DNA of 63,579 bases, counting the filler, from Choristocarpus tenellus KU-1152 (Eukaryota; Protista; Phaeophyceae): NCBI GenBank assembly GCA_964200185.2. It is 9 parts of 9 records of this genome, joined end to end, with 100 filler letters (N's around TTAATTAATTAA, not from the genome) between each part and the next. Parts side by side here need not be neighbours in the genome. Positions count along the whole stretch, not along the records: positions 50,859 to 56,196 come from CAXNAD020011105.1; positions 56,297 to 58,910 come from CAXNAD020026260.1; positions 59,011 to 63,579 come from CAXNAD020013975.1; 6 more parts are not named here. One strand, given 5' to 3'. Positions within the stretch are counted from its first letter, which is position 1, and each line of letters begins with the position of its first letter. A program made the translations under genes and the position numbers. Under the pieces are notes generated by a model. The model was given only the letters and a program-made list of their open reading frames with translations. It ran no database searches and was not told where the DNA came from. This document shows, in pieces, positions 54,900 to 63,579 of the stretch.

Positions 54900-56107
54900 C
54901 TCATCGGGAAGGCACATTGTTGGAACCAGTTGGGTTGTGGGTAGATGCTCATCGGGGGAAGGTATCAAAGGACTGAGGGGAGGAGCATACATCGAATGTC
55001 TGTGTTTTGTCTGGGGGAGGGCCGGGTAAGGGAGGTGCTAAGGCCTTGAAGTATTTTGCTGGACAAACTAGTATGGGAGGAAGACAATCAGAACGAGGGG
55101 AAAAAGAACTAGCTATGGAAGGTATCAGTGGGAGTTTCGCCAGAGGAGGGTAGATATGACATTGCCTGGGCTAACTGGGATGTGAGGGTTGTGGCTTGTG
55201 GGTGGTGAGATGATTTTTTTTCTTGTTGAAGTACATGTAAATTTTACTTTGCTCGTGGCTCTTTTCAGCAAAGGGCTCCTTGCGTGTGGGCAGCTACTGT
55301 AGTGGGGCGGGGAGAGGGGGGGAAGAGATCCAATAGTTGTGACTTGGAGGTGGTGATGGTGTTAATTTGGAGGTAGGTTCTAGTTGTGGTTTTCTGAGAT
55401 TCGGAATCCTGGCGCCTCCCCTGCCTACTCTAGGCCTGGTGTTCGAATTTTGTGTGAGTGCAAAGGTATAATGCTACAGCTTGTGCGTGGACTGCAAGTT
55501 GTGTCCCGCTTGCCTTGCTAGGAGGAAGGCTGCAGGCAACAAGACCATGTGGAGGGTAGTGGAGGCTGCTAAGGTTACAAAGAACACCTACGTTAAGTTG
55601 GGGAGGTAGCTCATGGCTCAACGTATTCACTTGCTGCTGCTCTCGTCCCACAGAGGACCAAGGATTTGGAGTGCACAGTGGGTTGGGGTTTTGGGGAAGG
55701 AGGTATTTGTTTGGGTTCGTGTATGGAGAAGACTTAGAAACACACATGGGGAATATTGCCCTCTTGGTTTGGGCCTAGGTTAGGGGGACAAAGCAAATGT
55801 GAGTACTGATGGCAAGGAAGTATAGGATGTGCGATTGTTTGGTTAGGATTGCACAAACTTCCAGAAGAAGAGTGCAGACATGATTTTCACGAGGTGAGTT
55901 CTGTGGTGATGGGTGGAGACATGTATGTTGAGAAGGGACAGTCCGCAGGAAGAGATTAAAAAAAAGGGCACCTATTGATAGTGATCGTAGACGCTATGTG
56001 GTGCCTTTTGGTGTGGGAGATGTTGGGGAGCGCATAGAGGTGATTGATGTTTTGCTCCCTTTTATGTAGATGAATGTTGTTGGGTGTTTTGGGAAGAAAG
56101 AGGAGAT

Positions 56108-56149
<42 letters not shown>

Positions 56150-57239
56150 CGGCGCGCTGTTGTTGGTGGTTGGGGGGGTGTTGCCCGCCTTTCTCCNNNN
56201 NNNNNNNNNNNNNNNNNNNNNNNNNNNNNNNNNNNNNNNNTTAATTAATTAANNNNNNNNNNNNNNNNNNNNNNNNNNNNNNNNNNNNNNNNNNNNGTGT
56301 TGTTTGGGTGTTGTTTGGGTGTGTGCTGATGTACATGCGACTGCAATCGTTTTTTTTTTTTGTAGAGAGGAGATGAGGGCGTTTGGGTGGAAATTGTGTG
56401 AGATGTTGAGCGCTATTAACAGAGTAACTAATCCGAGGGGAGGTGTTTATAAGGAAAAACACACGGAAAATTCCGTAGGAGGTTTAGGTGAGGTGTTATT
56501 TCAAAAAAAAAAAGTTGCTTCTTGTTGCTGATGAAAGTTTGGTCCCTGAAAAGTTGGAAGCGTGTAGGCACACAGTGCATTTTTTTTTCCGTGCTATATG
56601 TGATTTTTTTTTTAGTGATTTGTGTTCCGATTTTTGATTTGACATGAGGGAACAAGTAACCAAGTCTGGTCATTAACAGTTGGCCATATTGAGCTAGTCG
56701 TTCCAATGATACATTTTTTCTTTTTTCTTTTCAGGGTATTCAAAATATGTAAGTATACATATGTGTGTGTGTGTGTGTGTGTATGCGTGAATAGTATGCA
56801 TTCATAAACGACTCTTGAGCTGACTGAGAGGAGTTGAATCTTGAAGAGTGCTGCAAAAGGAACCGTTTCAAATCGGTATCAGCTGCTTGTCGTTTTAAAA
56901 AAGAATCTTACGACTGATCTCAAAAAGGTGTAGATTTTGGTACCCCCCCCCCCCCTTTTTTTTGTTGTCTAAATTTGAGTTAAGGATGTGTGAAGTATAA
57001 GTGAATAGTGATGGGTCATGGTACAATGACCATTTTAGGATCAGCGATCGAGATTCAGTAGTATCTTGGATATATATATATTTTTCCGTTACGCATTTTG
57101 TTTTATTTATTTAATTGGAGGGTAGCAGAGACTGAGGTCTGTGCAATTGTTTTGCACCTCCTTCTCAAGGATATGTTTATTTTTTTCTGGAAGAGTATTA
57201 CCATTTGCACATCCACAAAAGCTTTACAAGAGAATGGTG

Positions 57240-57440
57240 CAGTTATCTATTATATTCCAATTATCTATTATATTGCAGTTATCTATTATATTCCAATTAT
57301 CTATTATATTCCAGTTATCTATTATATTCCAATTATCTATTATATTCCAATTATCTATTATATTTCAATTATCTATTACATTCCAATTATCTACTATATA
57401 ACAGTTATCTATTATATTCCAGTTATCTATTATATTACAG
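57240..57440. repeat. 18-bp minisatellite (carttatctattatattc), about 11 copies
   Basis: Directly visible; it produces the spurious IIYYIP/QLSIIF ORFs. Confidence 0.95.
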
Positions 57441-57694
57441 CTATCCGTTGCGCTGATTATCGTGGTGAGTGGAACTGGTAAGGTGCATCTATCTTACCGT
57501 ACATCATCTTTAGATATCCTTCAAAACTCTATTTATATGTATGTATATATATAAATAAATGTATTTGTGTGTGTGTGTGTGTATGTGCGTGTGTGTGTGT
57601 CTGTCATACCTACCTGCTATATATATATATATATATATATAAATATATGTGTTTGTGTGTGTGTGTGTGTGTGTGTCATGCCTACCTGCTTCAG

Positions 57695-57804
57695 CCGAAG
57701 GACTTGACAGTAAATTTGTTTGAGTACCAGCGAAGTAGCTGCCAGTGGATGCTTGATCATGAAAGAGACGAGCGTGGACTGAATGGCTACTTCTGGGAAA
57801 GGAG
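57695..57804 (+). CDS. Isolated exon of an SNF2-family (RAD5/RAD16/SHPRH-like) helicase, Q-motif region
   Basis: AG/GT-bounded exon PKDLTVNLFEYQRSSCQWMLDHERDERGLNGYFWERR fits the L-x2-YQ-x5-WM-x3-E pattern. Confidence 0.6.
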
Positions 57805-58008
57805 GTGAGGGGGAGGGGGCACACGGCTTGAGAGGTGACGTGCCCCACAGAGGGAGAGTACCTGTGCTTTGGCATCCAGCTTTACTGTGTTCATTGTAGC
57901 ATTACCTTATTTTTTTTATCAAGTTGTGTTTGCACTCTCTGCAGTGGCATGCGGGGAGTAATTGATTTAGAATTTGAAATTTCTTGTATGTGAGAGAATA
58001 GGCTGTGC

Positions 58009-58080
58009 TTATCGATTGAGGGTACTACTGGGGGTATTCTGTGTTTATCGATTGAGGGTACTACTGGGGGTATTCTGTGT
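58009..58080. repeat. 36-bp tandem duplication
   Basis: ttatcgattgagggtactactgggggtattctgtgt x2. Confidence 0.9.
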
Positions 58081-58831
58081 TGACACCGTCGCATAAGTGT
58101 TCTGAAAGGGTGGCTTGTGTCTGTGGTCTGTACTGGGTACATGTATCTCTTTTTTCTTTGTTCTTTTTTCTTTTTTTCTAGGTGTGTATCTCCTCAGAAA
58201 TCACCCCCGTACGTACATACAGCCATGTAACTGTAACTGTAACTGTAACTGTAACTGTTGGGTTTGAAATGGAAACTGTGATGAATGTACTCTGAAAGAT
58301 GATAGTGTGCTGTTTGCTTTAACCGTAGTATTATTATTATTATTGTTATTATCGTTGTAATCATTACTATTATTGTAATCATTGCTGTCGTTATCATCAT
58401 CATTGTAATTAATATAATTATTAATGTCATCATTGCTGTTATTTATTATTATTTTATCCATATCGTTGTTATTATTAATACCATGTCTTAGTTCGTGTTG
58501 TGTAGCTTCTACTTGCTTTTTTAGAGTTTGAAATAGACAAAAAAAAAGATTGGAATAAAAAAAAATGTTGCTGTTTTGTTTTGTTTTGTTTTTTAGGGGT
58601 TGTGCTCTGGATTTGGTGCACTAGAGTGTGATCCATATAACTACATAAATAATAATATTACAAATGTTATAGTTGGATCATCAGCATGCAGGTTAGAGTG
58701 TAATACTCTAGAGAGATTTTTATTATTGCTACTATTACTATTATCTTATTGATATGATACATAATTTGGTGACCACACTGACCCAAGGGATAAGAATGAC
58801 AAATCATATATTGCCTGCCCTATCTTCCTTC

Positions 58832-58864
<33 letters not shown>

Positions 58865-59010
58865 ACAACAAGAAAGAGAGTGGGGGGGGGGGGGGGGGGG
58901 CGCGGGGGCGNNNNNNNNNNNNNNNNNNNNNNNNNNNNNNNNNNNNNNNNNNNNTTAATTAATTAANNNNNNNNNNNNNNNNNNNNNNNNNNNNNNNNNN
59001 NNNNNNNNNN

Positions 59011-60342
59011 GCAGCACTGCACGACAATCAGGGGACACTGGAGGGGCAGGTGCTAGCAGTGGTGGAACCCGAGCTGAGGGGGGAGGGCTAGTGGTAGGGG
59101 GAGAGACACGAGCGCCTGCTGCACATGGGGATGTGGGGGTCCCGCGTAGCCCTAGGGAAGGGAGGGGCCATGGTGGACCTTTGAGGCATTCTTCTTCTCA
59201 GGGAAGTCCAGCGGGATGGGAAGATATGCAACAGGGAGGCCACGGGGGAGGTGTTGGTAGTGGAGGTGGGGGAATGGGGGGAGGGCAGAGGGGTGGACCA
59301 GTAGGGCTTGGAATCGCAAGTGGTGTCAGTGGGTCTGGGGGTGGGGGGGGGCACCAAATTTTTCACTGGAAGGCGTGGCACGTTGCTTGCAGGTGTGTAT
59401 GGGTGTATGTGGAGTGGAACATATTGTTTGTTGTGCAACATGCAAGTCCAGTGGTTCGTTTTTTCTTGTCTTGTATTGGGTTTCATAGTATGAAGGAGGG
59501 ATGTTAACAAGGGGCTGCCTTCGATAAAGATCCACAAGTATACACCTCCATGAGGATTAGAAACGCTTCACCTCGAACTTGAATATTTTGGAAAACCAGC
59601 TTCGATTTATACTTTTTTTTGAACAAATATATCAACTGTATGCCACCTACACTTCTAGACAGAGTGTGTCCATCCTATACTTGTACATAGGAGCATCTGA
59701 GTCTGAGATGAACCATGATAGAATCAACCAGTGTTTGCTGACTTATTAAAAGTTGGTAAGTATTCAGGCAAGCGCCCAAGCGCACTTGTGCACACCCACC
59801 CACCTACCTAGAGTTTTACACGAGTGATATTATGTACAGGCCTAAGGCATAGGGATGGTGGTATGAAACACAAAATGTTTTGACCAATGGAATAGCCTGT
59901 ATGTTAAATTGAACCAATAATATATATTTAACTGCAAGTCCTTACCCTCTCAATGTGGGCTTGTTGACTGGACTCATATGCACATGTGGATGGTTGTCTT
60001 GTTTAATGTCAATTATGCACCAATTACATACACATTGTTGTCCATGGATCCCTGCCAGGTTGTGGAGCTCTTTGGGCGGCGGGCTATTTTGCTGGCACAG
60101 GTGAACAAAGGCTATTGCTGCTGTGGGGCTGTGTAACTGTTGAGAGTTTTTAGGTATACCAACTTTGAAAGAGAAGGCATATGATACACAGAAATTGAAG
60201 ATGGAAGTCCTTTTGTTTTCATTTTGGAAGGTTGGTTTGGGTACCCCAATGCAACAAACAAGCTCTACTCTTGTAGCGGCTATTTGCTGCTATGTCCAGC
60301 TGCTTCCACTACTGCCCTCAACTGTATAGCTGCTGCAATGTG

Positions 60343-60392
<50 letters not shown>

Positions 60393-62641
60393 CCGCCCCC
60401 TCCCTCTATCCCACGGTCTTGGTGTGTGGNNNNNNNCAATTTTTTTTTTTGTCCCCCCCCCCCCCCCCCCCCCCCCCCCCTCTACTTTGTTGCAAGGGCC
60501 CCCCCCCCCCCCCCCCCCCCCCCTCAACTTTTGCACTTATGGTTTGTGTTGGCAGCTGGGCGATTCAAGGGTGACACCGGCTCTACAGTATCTCCGACAG
60601 GAGTTTTTAGAGATGCATGCTATGGCAGCAAGTGATAGAGCAGCAGATCATGGGTGTGGGTATGGACAGCTTGGCTTGTTGGAGGGTCTTGGAAGGGCAG
60701 GAACTGGATCGAAAACGGTGACACATCTGACATCGCCTGGTGAGTGGGAGTCAAAGATGAGGATGGTCGGTGTAGAACTGTGTTTTGTTTTGTTTTTTTG
60801 TTGGCATTGTTCCAGTGGCAGCAGGAAGGAGGATATGGATCTGAGGTCTAACTTGTAAGCTTCTTGTTGCTTGTCAAAAAGGAACCGATGAAGATTATTT
60901 CATGTGAAAGATGGCTTTGGTTTGCAGGAGTTGTTTGTGGAGCCTGTCCAGTGCAATGGTGATGTTGGCCTGCTGTGTGGCAGGTAGGGTTTCCATACAC
61001 AGACTACACTTTGGGACTGGAATGGAGTAGGGAGAGCGGGACTCATTGCAGGTGGTATGTTGAGGAGATGCGTGTATGTATGTACTCTATGTATTGTCCT
61101 TTAGTCCATGTTTTTTTTGTATATGAAGGGTTTGGCAGATTGCTTTTTATGGTGACAAAAGAATGGTCAATAGCTCAAAGCTCTGAGAGCACCCTGGTGG
61201 TTTTCAACATCACCTCTGAAATTTCTGGCTCCACCCTAGGGTCAACAAGGAGGTATTGCAAGGTAAAAACTTCAATTGGGGTAGTATCCTGCCAATGTAG
61301 GAGTCCGTTGTTGGCTTGATATTTTGCTGACATTTTATTCATATCGCCCGTTCCCCTCCATCACAAACCCCCCTGTTCGTGCTTTCAAAATTTTCTCAAG
61401 CTTCAGTAGGGGAGGGTGGGGAGGTGTTGAGTCTTGATCCAGCAGCAGAGGAAGAGACCCTCTCTGTGGATGTGAAGGAGAGGTCATCTGTCACCAGAGG
61501 TGATGGTGGTGTTGTTGGTGTTTTTGGTGTTGGCATCAGTACAAGAACAGATAGTAGTGCGGAAAAACTTTCTGGACCCAGCCGAGGACGCCAGGGGGCA
61601 GAGAGGGGCAAGAAGAAAGGGAGCTTGGATTACCGTGACAGTCAGCGACTCTTTGGTGAGGCTCTGGTGTTATATCTCAAGAGCTTGTCCATGGCTAAGG
61701 AAGCCATTGTGTGGGGCCGTCAAGCCCTTGAATCACTGGCAGAGTCTTCCCTTGTGAGGACCCCCCCCACTGCCTCCCCGAATCGGAATGTTCGGCCGGG
61801 TGTTGTGCCAGCTACGACCCCACCCCCTCTCCACCGAGGGAGGCGAGCTGCTGAGGCTGTGACAGGAGGTGATGGTATTGGAGGTGGTGCTCAAGGGGCT
61901 GGGGGGGGCTGGGGGGGCAGTAGGGCAAGCCCTAGTCCCCGGGGTGGGCAGGTCCATCCTAGTGCATTGGGAGTCGAGGGGACAGGGGCGCTATATATTG
62001 GGGTGGCATTGAGGGGTGGGGTAGGAGGAGGGCGAGAAGGAGGGGGATCAATGTCCATGGATTCATTAGAGAGTCAGGTATATGTGTGGGGTGAGTCCTT
62101 GGTGAAGTGGCTGACAGATCAATTCTCTGCCATTTTGGGACGGGCGGAGCGGTGCAAGGCAGAGCTTCTGGAGGGCGAGGATGGTGCCAGTGGGCGAGGA
62201 GGAGTGGGTGGGACTGATAGTTCTAGAGTTTGGATGTCTAATGTGGTAGACAAGAGGGTTAGTATGACAGGGAGAGGCGATCAGAATACTGATTCTGTTT
62301 CTCAACCTCCATTTGCTGTAGCTGCGTCCCTGTCGATGTCATCCCCACTGTCGTTATCGCCAGAAGGGTATGATGGAGTGTTACCCATAAGTGAGTCGAT
62401 TAGAGCAGGTCAAAGGAATGAGGGGGGTGAAAGTATGCCTGGGGGAGTGACTGGGGAAGGGGTAGGGGGGGGGAATGACGTTGTCCATGCTGCTGATATG
62501 AGCTTGGTGGATGGAGGAGGGGAATCGCTTGCAGTGTCTGCTAGGGGCATAGTTGTGAGATCTGCACTGACGCTTGCAAGGGAATCTGCAGCGAGCGAGA
62601 TGTTGGGCATGTGGGACCTGGCACGTGAAGGCTATGAAAAG
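59011..62641 (+). CDS. ATG1: C-terminal (EAT/tandem MIT) region of an ATG1/ULK autophagy kinase, partial
   Basis: Exons ~59011-59392, 60059-60100, 60556-60739 and 61401-62641. Motifs GEALVLYLKSLSMA, VKWLTDQFSAILGRAE and SARGIVVRSALTLARESAASEMLG...GYEK match the recalled ATG1 MIT helices (EALVLYVK, W..E.F...L.KAE, AEKL.Y..AL...R.AA..E). The kinase domain is not in the window. Confidence 0.75.
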
Positions 62642-63579
62642 GTGCAAGTTATTTAAAGTGTTTTTGGCATGGGTCTGATGGGATTTTGCATTGGGAAGTA
62701 GTGGGGTACTGAATGGGGGACCTGTGTCAGGCCCATGTGCAGTTTCTGATTTCAAGAGTTTAGGGAGGTTGGGAATTCATTTCGCTGCTCAAAGTTTCCA
62801 CTGTTAATGGCTTAGCATATGTTTATGTAATATCAATAGGAAGTGATTGGGATCGGTGGGTTGTTGCTTTTCGATGTGCTTTGTGAAATGATAATGATGT
62901 TGACTCTGTTTTTCATCTGTGGGTATTTATTGTTGGGTTTGTTGATGGTTGTTTTTTGTGGAATATTGACGTACTTGAGCTTGTACCTGTTCAGTGTAAT
63001 GTTTTGCGCAAGAGGCACTGTCTGGATGCCGTGGTGTTGTCTAATTGAGCGTTATCCCATAGGGTGGCAGTGGTGTAGAGTGAAAAATGGGTGTTGCTTT
63101 GAGGGGTAAAATGAAAGAAGCACCAGGTGTCATTGTCCTTGGTGGGTGGGCACTGTTTGTCCCAGGTGCAGTTTCTTGTTGCTCTGGATGACAGAACAGT
63201 GCACTACTTACAGTGGCATTGACTTCTTTTGAAGTCATAGTTTTGGCTGAGAAAGCCATTGAGTCAATTCTCAGAGTCCTTCCATTGATCGTTACTGTTT
63301 TTATCTATGTCTTATGCTTTGTTCTGGGAAAGATTGATAGAGAGGACGAAAATAGCTATGGAGAATTCCGACCGTTGTTTTGCATTCCTCCGTTCCAAGT
63401 CAATTTGTAAGTCTTCCCTTACTCAATGACTGAGTGATGAGACTCCTGTCAAACAGAATTTGCAGCATTGTTCACATCCAATACACACTGGCCTACCTCC
63501 CCCCAAAATATTTGTAGTCCTGTTCTCTGTCTCACCCCCCCCCCCCAAGATACTTTGACCCTTTTTCCCCTCAAACTTG

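Noticed and set aside
57098-57481. Repeat-protein ORFs (IIYYIP / QLSIIF / SNYLLY)
   Set aside because: They are translations of an 18-bp AT-rich minisatellite that is open in three frames.
60292-60530. Poly-proline or poly-glycine ORFs (also near 5090, 34560, 56110 and 58830)
   Set aside because: They arise from long C/G homopolymers next to gaps or contig ends, which are low-quality or intronic sequence.

Overview
This is intron-rich eukaryotic DNA, most likely from a brown alga or close ochrophyte relative (inferred from an aureochrome, a brown-algal-type vanadium haloperoxidase and TTAGGG tracts). The window is not one locus. Eight artificial 100-nt spacers (N44-TTAATTAATTAA-N44) join nine contigs: 1-5144, 5245-27848, 27949-34625, 34726-38000, 38101-44180, 44281-50758, 50859-56196, 56297-58910 and 59011-63579. 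Complete or near-complete genes rebuilt by hand from splice sites and reading phase: a 14-exon secreted vanadium haloperoxidase (588 aa) with a Ser->Ala active-site change and a GC-AG intron; an 8-exon tandem-CHORD protein (312 aa) with an extra N-terminal domain; and an AUREO2-type aureochrome (bZIP-LOV) with an Asn->Gln change in the flavin pocket. Partial genes: a TRAF/RanBP2 zinc-finger protein, an LRR protein, an ABCC transporter, a plastid-targeted NAD(P)-binding protein, an SNF2-family helicase exon and the ATG1 C-terminus. Mobile DNA: a 2.8-kb non-coding LTR element (tRNA-Gln-like PBS, 4-bp TSD, internal higher-order repeat array), solo LTRs, a decayed Ty1/copia element, a non-LTR fragment and two MITE families, one of which sits at many contig breaks. 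No rRNA, tRNA or CRISPR array was seen. No database searches were run; comparisons to known proteins are from recalled family motifs.
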